64,000 nt of DNA, from positions 26,222,345-26,286,344 of the forward strand of contig NC_134028.1 in assembly GCF_964204645.1 (NCBI RefSeq), written 5' to 3'. Every line of letters begins with the position of its first letter. Positions within the stretch are counted from its first letter, which is position 1. A program made the translations under genes and the position numbers. The notes under the pieces are model-generated. The model made no database searches. It saw nothing but the letters and a program-made list of their open reading frames with translations, and was not told where the DNA came from. This DNA is from Tubulanus polymorphus (Eukaryota; Animalia; Nemertea). Positions 41,601-53,600 of this stretch are shown here, piece after piece.

Positions 41601-44600
41601 ATGAGGACAACAATTCAAACTTAACCGTTTTAGGCTTAAACTTTTTCGTGAAACTGGGCCCTGGGAGAATTTGTGTATTTATGTAAAATGAGGATAGAAT
41701 TTTTTCCAAACCTCTGTTGATTTTAATAAATGCCTCCACTGTCTTTTTAACCGATGCTTATATGCTTTTAATGCTCGTCGAACTTTAGGGCACCCCTGGT
41801 TCACCAGGCATGGCAGGCCGACCAGGAAAAGATGGGATCCCAGGATCGCGGGTTAGTATAACGTACAATCAGCGTGAAGATTTATGGCCATTTTATCCAG
41901 ATTGCCGATTATATCAAGGAAATGAATGTCATTTTCTGGGGTTCATTTCTCTAAAAGAAAAACAAGTTTAAAGTTCTGTTTTGTATCAAACATTGTTTTG
42001 TGCAAGAAGTTGTAAAAACAAAGATACAATGATTTATGACAAATGTATTGAATTTATTGCCCCAAATTCGACCACAAATACTTATTGTCTCGGTGATTCT
42101 AAATAAGAACAATTTTTATCTCGGTCCAGGGCCAAATTACACAATAAGCAATAAACGATAGCTTCTAAATTCTTTTAATATAAATTCAATTCATGAAGAA
42201 ATTGCATTTGGTTAAGAGCTAAGCTATTTCTATATCTTACAGTCGTGATTTGAGACCAAAATTTGATTAAGTATTAGTTCATTTGAGAGAATTAAAATTA
42301 ATTCATTTGAAAGAATTAAAATGATTTCAGTTCAAATGTTTTGATTGTCGAATCAAATCATCACTTGCGAAACTGTAGAAATCTGGATTGTGGAGCAACT
42401 GAGTCCAGAAATAGAATATGTTCTTTTCATAATATTCTACTGTAAACATTGAAACTAATGACGTAAAATTCAGTTACGTCAATCTTTCATCTTTTATCGA
42501 TCATTGGTATTGATTTTAGAGGTAGATATTGATAATATGGGTGGAGGGAGCAGTTATCGTGTATCTTTTAATTTCTAGTATGAGCTGAATATTTATTGAT
42601 TTACAGTTTTCATGATCTGTAATTGATAGATAAATAGAACGTAGATCTGAACCAATGTCCCGGATTCTAAAAATGTCAAGTTCTTTCTTCATTATTGACT
42701 GTTTGAGCACTAAATCATTCACATGAATCTGGCCTACATTGTATTTGTATAAAACGATTACAGCTATTCTTAGCCTTTAGCCTAAAATCTGACGCCTACA
42801 TTTTGTTCAAAATCCTTGAAAATCTGAGGTCGTTCGTGATCGAGATTCACGTGTTAGCGTTATAGCGTACTGTGTGCAAATCATCCCGAGACAGTTCGGC
42901 ATGGATCTTTAAAAAAACCTGAATGTCGTGGGCCCACCTGCCAGTGCCCTACCCCAGCACTATCTGCACATACACTCTAAAAACATACGCTTTGATAAAG
43001 AGCTCGTTTATGTCCTACTCTAATAACCGAGGCCTTCTTTGTTTTTTGGGGTATTTCAGGGTGCAGTTGGAAACCCCGGTGCTGATGGAAAGAAGGGTGA
43101 TATAGGACCAGCCGGCCCATCGGTAAGAATCACCCTTTATTACCAGAAATTTGCGCACATTTTGGAGTCGTCAAATATTCAGTTTCCTTTGACTGGACGG
43201 ACATAGTTAATACTCTGATTATCAGTTTACCCCCAATGGACTTTGGTTCACCGTGGACTCAACTAATTACATAACTAATTCAGGGCACTCTCGGGGTAAC
43301 TGGGTCAGTATAATATTTGATCCAAATATTTGAGTACAAAGTTCAAAGTTCGATGATGCCCTGATGGTGTTCAGTCCTTCAGATGAAACTAAATTCATTA
43401 TTTAGGATTTTTACGATGCATATAACATTAATTTTATTTGATTATGTTGATTTTTTAATGTATTTCGCGATCAATGTAAGCATCGTTCGTGAGCCCTCAG
43501 CTCGTGAAGGCGTTCGTAATGTGTTAATTGTCCTGTGTCTGATTTTTCTTTAGTTTAAGCTTGTTTTTATTCTGTGTCGTGTACTGTGTATTTATTTCTG
43601 TGTATTATTGTGTGTATGTAGGGTAGAGATGGTGTACCTGGTTTACAGGTAAGGAAGGTTCTGCAGCTAGCCCATTTCATTATTATCAATTTCTCAGATA
43701 ATCTTAAGCTTTAATACTGGCACTAGTTGCTCAAAAGTTGGCTAGAGTTAAGTTAACCATTGCATATATACCATAGAAACCAGGGGCGGATGCAAGGAGA
43801 AGGTACGCACCCCCTACCCCCCCCCCCCCAAAAAAAAAAAAATGCCCTGAAATATTACAGAAAAAATGAAATAGATTAAACTGCTACCTACAAAAGTTTA
43901 TAGTCATAGTCTGGTTCTCTGTATTTCCAAAAATGAGTTATTGCTTCTTTCAGGTTGCTCTTTTATGTATTTATGATATACCCTATTTTGGGGTTAGCAC
44001 CCCACCTTGAGTCAGACCCTACCATCCGTTCTAGAAATAATGCAATTTTGATCGTCACTTTTTAAACTATTAACCTGGTTTACTTTAACCATCTTTTGAG
44101 TGACTGACCCTTGTACAATAAAACAAGAAATCTACGTACAATAAAACCTCGGCTTACTGGGACATGGCCAGCTCGAACTTTTGATTAAATTGGGCAAGAA
44201 TTAAAATCTTTTTAATTTCTATCTTAGTAATCTGTTTCGTTACTCACAGTGGTCGTAGTCAGTCTCAGTAAGGGTGAGGTTTACTGTAAATACAAAGTCT
44301 TCTTCAATGAGAGGTGTTTATTATTGTATATCTGTAGGGATTATTAGGCGAGAAGGGTGAAGCCGGAGCCAGGGTGGGTTCATGTTTTCGTTTCATTTAT
44401 TTTTCATTTTTGTGGCGATGCTCTGTGCATGAATTCACTGCAGGCCGAATATCAGCTTTATTACTGAAATTAATGAATAAATCTGTCTAAAAATTATATA
44501 TATATATGTTCGGGACAAATACGCTGTTTTCTGCATGGACTGTTTATATTTGGGTGTAAGCACTCATGTTGGTTATTGAGTAATATGAACTAATTTGTGT

Positions 44601-47600
44601 TTTTCACACAATGCTTCACACCTTCAGCAAATGGTTTTACTTTCACTACATTGTAATAATTGCACATTGAATATGATTACGTAATATTGCAATAAGATAT
44701 TAATGGATATTCAACCAGTCGTAATAACTGTAATAACAGCAGGACTGGATCTAGGAAATTGGAAGGCAGGGGGGGGGGGTTGGTTCAGAAGAAAATAAAA
44801 GATATATCTCAGACGTAGCAGCTATATCAAAGGCGTCTATCGGGGTTCTACCCTCTATTTTAGATGAAATAAATGCAAAAACATAAGATGTGTCAAATTG
44901 CAGGTTTTAACAATCTTAGTCCTGATGAAAAGGGCCACTTCAGTGGGAAGGCAAGGCTTGTAATATTTGTTACTTTTCTGTTAAATTCATGGCAAGGTTT
45001 TTCTTTCCTTCCACTTTTTGTTTCTATGCAATCTTGTTCTTTGTTGATTGAGATTGACGATCATGACCGATGAAAAGTGACTGACTAAGAATCTTTTTAG
45101 CGCACGTTCACAGCCAGCCACTACCACCTCCTTACCTCCTCCGCCCCTCAACCCTGTAAGCCACCATACCCTGATTCCCTCATTTTTGTTCAGTTTGTTC
45201 GATATATACGATATCTCCCTCGTTTGTTGTTTCGAGATACGACATAAAATGAATAATTATTCTTTTGATAAAACTAATCGTTTGATAAAAACCGTCTCAA
45301 GTGTTCGGCTCGATATTGAAACATGGCGGCACGTAAACTCACCCTGAAGGACTCCTCAGAGGGTCATATCAATTATATCAATGTCATTTTAGTTTCCAAA
45401 GTTGAAAAAATTGAAAATCTAAATTACCATTATTAAAACGCTATAACCATGATGGATGATGTTAGATTTTACGTTATTATTGTGGGATTCTCTTAATATT
45501 GAAAAATGCAGCAGTTTTATTTATTGTTTTTTCTAGGGCACTCGCGGCAGAAGAGGCAAAAAAGGACCAAAAGGCGATAAAGGAGATCAGGTAGGGCAGA
45601 TCGGGGGCTGGTCGATGATCAATTCATAGCTGCTGCATTAAACAGGAATACTGGAATATAAAGTGTATGATTATTTCAATGTCTATGTCCATATAGGGAA
45701 TACCCGGTCTAGATGCCCCTTGTCCATTGGGCCCTAATGGACTACCGCTACCTGGTTGTGGTTGGAGACCTCCCCCGGTAACGTTTTTAAAACTCTTCCT
45801 ATTGGCATGAAAACGGTTTACGATAAAGCATGATAGAGATTCATTCGTATCCTAGTGAAGCATGTTGTGAGAAGGCTTTTTTCATAATTTATCTGCATAG
45901 ACTACACGCAGGACGTAGCCTAGACAATTACTGAGTCCCCCGGTAAGGCTACATCTAGTTCAAGTTTGTTAACATTCTTTGAGATATGTTAAGAATGACA
46001 AAAACATGTTGTTTATATGCTTGCTGTTTATCTGTTCGTTCTATCATTTCTGATCTGATCCGGAATGTTTTCGCCGGTGTGGAATGCCTTATCGCTTTTG
46101 AAACCTTGAATTCATGAATTTGTAGAAGTTTCGCAGATTGATGCATGACTTTTGATTAACAAATATCGTTGATTATGTATGAAAAATGTTCAAATGTTTG
46201 TATAGATGATATTACGTTATCAATACAATGGTTATAACCCATTGACCAATGACCAAAAATAGGTTGAAAAATAATTCTACCTGATCCAGGGCTCTGAGCT
46301 GTTATAGATGTAGGCCAAAATGACTTGCGCGTGACGAGGGGGATTTCCTGTTTATTGTTCATAGATATCGGCTTTAAGATTGTTTCATCACAGATATTGT
46401 GATCTTACTGATTTATTCGTAGTTCATCAATAAAAAGTGCACCCCTCACCCTGAGTACAGGACCTGCAATTGAGGGTAGAATTCCTTATTCATACATTTG
46501 CTTTATGAATCTGAGAACCAGCAGCAGCCCTGGGTGAACCTGTCACTATTTCCAGGTCGATATGTGATGAGATATCGAAAAAGTGCATTGGCACAAATAC
46601 CAGGTGTGCGTGCATGCGGAGTGTCCCTGATATCGTACTGTGTACTGGATTGATCTACTTCGTTCTTGTTCTACTGTATCCTCCACTCTTGTTTTATTGA
46701 AGCCTTCCGATATATTGACTGACTTTATTTTTATCTCGTGTCCTTGAGCTAAATGCTAGTTAAAGAATAATAACAGCTGAAAAGATCAAACGTAAAGGAT
46801 TTGCGTTATGAAGAATTTTCTTTCCTTTGATAGAAATTACTAATACTACTTAATATTTTTTTGCAATTTGTTTGACATCTGCAAGTGGTAAATCAGGGTT
46901 TACACAGCTTGCAGTAACTGTCTGACAGTGCCTCGTCCTGCAATATCTAATCGGCACTGATAATAGTGACTAGTATGTCATATATCAGACAGAAATATGA
47001 TAGTAATATCCAAAGGAGAATAGGTTACTGTGTTTAGATCATGCGAGTGGGGCTGCTCTCAAAAAATTCATCTCATTACTTTGAAATGAAGTGTTGAAAA
47101 GTGAAGGATATTTTCAAAAGGGGGCCTTGCTTTAGCACCCAAAGCAGCCCTCACTCGATCTGCACCTATTATTATAGAAAGTGCTCGATAAAACATGTTG
47201 TGATATGATAAGGAATCTCTCCACAGGGATAAATGAAGTTTTGATAATCTCTCTCAAGTTCAGCCTCATTGACTTGGTAATAGATGGAACTAGATTTTGT
47301 AATTACCCACATTGTCTCATGAATTCGGGAATATTTCAAATTTTAGTGTTACACCGTAAAATAGGTACCTGCAATCCAGGGGTGGATCAAGGGGGAACTT
47401 ATGAGACTTGTACGAGTCCATCAAATTCTTATGAGTACCTTTTTCATCATCTCAACAATGAATAGAAAATTGGTGTATTCCTGTACGGGAGTACGTTTAA
47501 TATTGCCTTTTTGGACATAATGAAAAAGCACCCTTTCTGCAATCCCGTGTAAATATTTATGTATATGAGTAAAATGCGGTAACTAGCAAATAACTTGAGT

Positions 47601-50600
47601 CGGAATTGAAGAAAAAGTCGTTCTACTCAATAAGGTAAGCATGATATTTCCACCACGTAAACATTCTGTGGTATATTGCTGACACATATTTCACTGCTAT
47701 TAAAAGAAACTGTGTTATTGGCACTTGTTGTAGGTCGATGAGAACGAAATGGTTTCCTTCCCATTTCCTTATTTCCGACCGTTATATTTACAAAGTGTTT
47801 ATACATGTATATAGAAACCTATAGCAGTGAATGTAGTTACAGCAAGTTGTTCTCTTCTTATAACGCATGAATAACTGCTTTATTAAAAATGCACTGCTTT
47901 CATTGCGTAACCAACAGATATTTATTCATTGCACTTGAAATGTTGACAATTCGATCGTCCGTCATATGATATGATGTGTATGTACCATATGTTCACAGAC
48001 GTCTGTCAACTAATGTCTCGTGAAAATCAAATTGTTTGTCTTTAGGAAATAGAATCTGTGCGCAAGCTGTTTCTATAAACACCGGCAAAAAAAAATTCAT
48101 AGACGTTTTACTTGTACAGTAAACCTTAGTGGAATCACTCGGAAATATTTGCATATTGCTTCTAATTTATTCACGTTATCAAAGTTGACAGACGCCAATA
48201 TTCAAATGTTTGATTCATAGATGCTAGTCACGATCACACATTTTTTACCTGGACCAACCGCCTAAAAATGGGTCCATGTCTTTTCGCTAAATTTGGTTCG
48301 TCCAAAAATGTCAGACTACCTATGGCTCATATCAAATTTTAGCACTGATGAAATTATGTAAATGCTAATGACTCCACAGCATTGTTTTGATAGGATTTTA
48401 GTAACGAGTCAGTGGTTTACATGTGAACTCTGATAATCTAAATATGACTGTGGATGTGGTCTGAGCCTAGTCATCTCATTGTGATTGTGGCTATTGATGA
48501 ATTAGACGATAATCTTTGTCTTATTGATGAAATTGCTGATGAAATCACGCGCACTAGTTGCACAAAACACCAGCCACTGCACAACAGACAGCACTGTTGC
48601 ACTATAAGCAGATAAAAAACACTCTTGTGTCAACTTCCAAAGCAGTCTGCTCAAATTACATTCTTCACCCTTGTTGAGAGGTAGGGCACAGACGGTGCCG
48701 TCCCCGTAACAAGTGCCCTCCAATACATACCACTAATTACAGAGTGACCTTCAGTAAAATACTGATTCTATCGCAAATGTTAGTTCTCAGAATAGAGAAA
48801 TCATGTTTCTTGAAGCACAGATATTTATATCGTTGTCTTTTGCCCCTCTTACTCTTCTTACTGGTATATCAGATAGTTTGTCATATTCACCACCAGTTTG
48901 TTTCAATATTAGTAAAGTTTCAGCAGTTCGTTTTTCCAGTTCAATTTACTAAGTGTAAGTCGTCGCTGTCGAAGTCATCATGACTGATTCTATTTCTAAA
49001 ACGGTACTATATGAGTTTATAGAAATATTTCAATGAGAAAATACTGGAAATTCTTTTGCTTGATTATCAAAAGACGCGCTTCATTTCAGTCTAGTTTTAT
49101 ATAAAACATTGATTTGATTTCATGGAACACTCGTCGCTTGCGACGTGACTGCGTGCAGATGTTACCCGTTATTTAAAAAACACCAATACGTATATTCTAG
49201 TAAAACTAGCAATAATAAAACATGTTATAAACATGCGGTTTTTATTTCCAGTGAAATTGTCATTGATATCGCGATAACGTTCGTCGGATTTATTTATTCT
49301 GAATGAGTCAACAATTCGTCATTAATATCCTTGATCGATGATAATATATTTTATTGTACCTATTATTACAATTACTCTACCATTGATGAAACAGTACGAG
49401 TCGGTGTTGTCACAACGACATATAAAGAATCCCACGAGAATGTTGTAACGATATAAAGAGAATGCCACCACACTAATAAAAAGAAGGATAAAGTCCAAAA
49501 AGTTTCTTTAAAGCTAATAATTTATTGATTCGAAGACGAATATTATGTTTTAGTCAAAAACGTTGAATCAATAAATTATGAGCTTGATGGAAACTTGATG
49601 AAATTTACTCTGTTGCGGAACTGCTAAAGACTGCTTTGGAAATGAAAAATTATCATTTTGCTTCTCTTTTCTTAATTTTCTGGCTCTGAGCACATATTAA
49701 CACCAAATTACGTAGACTATCATCAGAGGTGCAGCTAGCTGGTCAGTGATTATCGATATGATCTGATAATGTTTTTTCTCCTGACCTGACCGCAGTGTGT
49801 TTATTACCATTTTATTAGGGTTTTATACCAGATATTCCTGATCAACCATGTCCTCTAGATGATAAAGGATTACCAGTTAAAGGTTGTCCCTATGTAACCA
49901 TGCTTAAGGTAGGCTTTCATCCTTCTATATCCACATTAAACATAAGAAAAACCAAGACCGTAACTGTCCGCCCATACCACATTTAGTGAATGCCCAAGTT
50001 GAACTTGCCCAAGATTTGGCCAAATTGACCTTGCGCGAACCACCATTAGAGGCTGCCCCTATCAAGTGACCCATATTCTACCCATCTACCCCCCTCTGGT
50101 AATTACTGCATAGTTCCCTGTTCCTCGGCAAGTTGCTTAAAGTACGTTATTATTGGAAAACATAATGTGTAAGATAAAACCGGCACTTTTTGACCGAGAA
50201 CGTCTTCGGGGATGTTTTTATTCCGTTGAGTTCGTCATGGTTTTCACATTCACAGTGCCTGGATAGAGAGAGAGAGAGTAAACACGGCCATCAAAATGTT
50301 ATCTATGAGTGCAGAAGAAAACACAGTGCTTTTCACTGGAGAGCACGATCTGTCATCAATAATACATGATGCAACCCCCGTTCCTAGAAATGTCAAGGTC
50401 GATAGTGTTGTTATTGGTGTATGGCAGCACGTAGGCCTGCAGACGAGGGTCCCCAAAAACTAGATCGCAATAAGTACATTTAATGTTATAAATATATAAT
50501 TGGAGGCCATGTTTTTGGCTTTAAATGATAATTAATGATTAGATAATGATTATAATTATCCTTTCATATGAAAAATTATATTCAAACTCGATCATCAATA

Positions 50601-53600
50601 TTGAAAGAATCGTTTTCGATCACGGAAGAATGTTCCGATTTACGCGATATTAAATCGAGCAAAAGCTGACACACATCTTCAATTGATGATTAATACGCTT
50701 CTTATGTCTGGGCTTCTGATATAAAAAAGTGACAGGGCTTCGATCGCGATATCATTGTGAAATAAACTATGTGTATTATCAAATTTGATATCGCTAAGAT
50801 AAATAGTGATTGTATATATATATATATTTGGAGACACCACTGACTGTAAGGTCTGGATATCGAGATGAGACGATAAAAATGAAATAGTAAAATCTCTTGA
50901 TCGTGAATAATGAACAGTGACACATTTTATGAATTGGTCATCGTGAAATATACGTGTAATTCATTCAATAACAGCTGATTCCTGTGAAACATTAACAAGC
51001 TGATGCAATACATATAGCAGTAAACATCTAAGTCATGTGAAAAAGCTTGAATACAGTAAACCTTGCTTTACTCGTATATGGCTAAATAATTTTTCTTAGG
51101 TATTTTTTTATCCTTACTTGGACAGTTTTGCCAGTCCGAGTTAGGTGAAGGTTACTGTAGAAAATCTTTTGGATTGTAAGCGGTCTGGGCTGAAATCTTA
51201 GCATAAAATTCTGCATTTCCATTACTAAATTGCAAAAATTACATGACCTCAGTAAAATATATCAGCAAATATATTTATGATGCGATATTGTCAATTATTT
51301 GTTTGTCATGTTTTTATCATCATCAGTCAATAATTATTATGATTAATTAAGATCAATTTTCATATTCGGAATGATAAATATTTTGCTAAAATTACATTCA
51401 AATAGTTGTGGAAGCAATTACATAGTAAATCATCTAGTTAACATTCAGGCTATTTTTGGATTGCATCAGCTTCATCATATATGTTGTGCTCGAGAATAGT
51501 CGATAGATTCCTGGAAATCAATGATTTCACGTCCCTCGACTCTGCAACGATATTTTTAATTGAACTCTAAATGAACTCATTCAGTCTGGAGCAAATATTT
51601 CCATCAGCTGTTTACATGTTTCCTATAGTTCCTAGAAACACCAGGCTATGCGTTCATGTTCATGCCGGCAAAAACCTGTTTCTAGCACAGCAGCGTGTTG
51701 ATAGAAAAATGAGCTTTGTATGAAGAAATCCCTGGAAAAATATATTCTTGACATATAGTCATATACGCATATTTAGGTCATTTTTGTAAAAACGTGTTAA
51801 AAAGAGATCTCAAGTTGACATGTCTAGTGCTATGCTTGTCAACAGACATGTGTAGTATTCTGCATGTCAACATCAGCAAACATTTTTCTCAGTCACGTTG
51901 GTTTCAAATGAAAAGTGAATTGTAGTTCATACTCTCATGCTAAAGCTAGAGTTATTCTATAAAAATGCAGATAAGAGCTAGTGGCCCGAAAAAGAGTTGA
52001 TATATGCTTTCATTTCTAAAGATGTCAAATGCCAATGGTTTACTACTACTGTTTACAGGATAAATATTCTGATAGATCAATTATGAAATTTGCGGAATGT
52101 GAAAAAAAAGGAACTAAAAAAATGTGGAACTTGGATTTGAAAGGGGGTCTTCCGCACCCATGACCCTCCTCAATCAATATCTTAGATATTTTGAGATTTT
52201 TGATATTGCTATAGCATTTTTCGATTTCTCATAAATCATAATGATTATATCAATGATTATCAATGATCAACCTTGATAAGTAAATTACTGAAATTATCAA
52301 AAAGACTCATGATATAAATACAAGTGATTTACTAGTTGTTTTTATTATGATTTATTTATTGGTCAGGTATTTAACACTTTACTCCAGCTATTTGTCACTT
52401 TCAGCGGTGAATAAAGCAGTTATTTCTTTATCAACGTGCTAATTATTGATCCAATAACTAATCCCCTTTGATCAATTGTCTGAAGTTAATCCTCTGATAT
52501 CAGATTTATCTCCAATATTTCACCTGCCAACATCACTATGTAATATCACTTTCTTTTGTTCGTAGTTACTGAAGTATATCTTCTATTTTTGCAACATTTT
52601 CGGCGCTTGGGACAAAGACATTTTCTTTTGAGTTTCAATATACTAGACTTTGACAACTTGCAGTGCCCCTTATCTCGGATAAGCCGTACTACGACTTATC
52701 AGTTGCCTTATTACCTTACCGGTTACCCAATAACCCCTTTATCCCTGTAGCCCTTTAAAACTATTATGTATTTAGAGCATTTGCTGTAATTCGAAAGTTT
52801 TTGCTGATTTCCAGACATTTCAAACCTCAAAGTACCCCTATTACTGTTTTGGTAAAGCCCTATCACCATTTATCAGTAGCCTTACCTGTTGCCCTACAGC
52901 CCTTTCAGCCCTGTAGCCCTGAAACCAATTTCATTGTAGCCCTGTGCTTTCAATCATAGGTGCTTTTAACCTCGATTACCAAGAGATAGCGATCATATTC
53001 GATTTAAAAAAAGCTCTTAACTAATTATGAATAATTCTGCTTTTCTTTCTTCACTCTTTGCTGCACTTTTTCACACACTGAATGTCGTGTCTGCACCTCT
53101 CAACACAAACACAGGGCGTAGGACCGACGTTCCCTCCCTGTCCTATAGACACTAACGGTAAGCCTAATAGAGAATGCGTGAAAAGACGAGCGAAATGGCA
53201 GCGAAAATGGTCAAAAGAACTCGATAAAATGGAGACAGAGGTATGTACGTATAAAACCTGATTGGAATGGAATCCGTGGAACTAATAACGTCATTGATTT
53301 AGATCCAAGTGGTCAAGGGTTCATAAACAGTCAGATATGGGACTGATTGAACAGTTGTTTACTCAGTTCTTGGCACTCAGTACCAGTTCTCAGAGTCCTC
53401 ACCATAATTCTTGATTGTGCAAATTATACACAATCACAAAAGCGTTTTTGACCCGGACCAACCATTCATTGGTCCGACCCGAAACAGACCAGGCCCGAGC
53501 CAAATTTAAGATTATTCTATCAGAATCTGGAAGTGACTCACCTCATGTACCTCAGATTTATTTTTGATAGTATGTTAATAATGAGTGAGTAATTTACACA

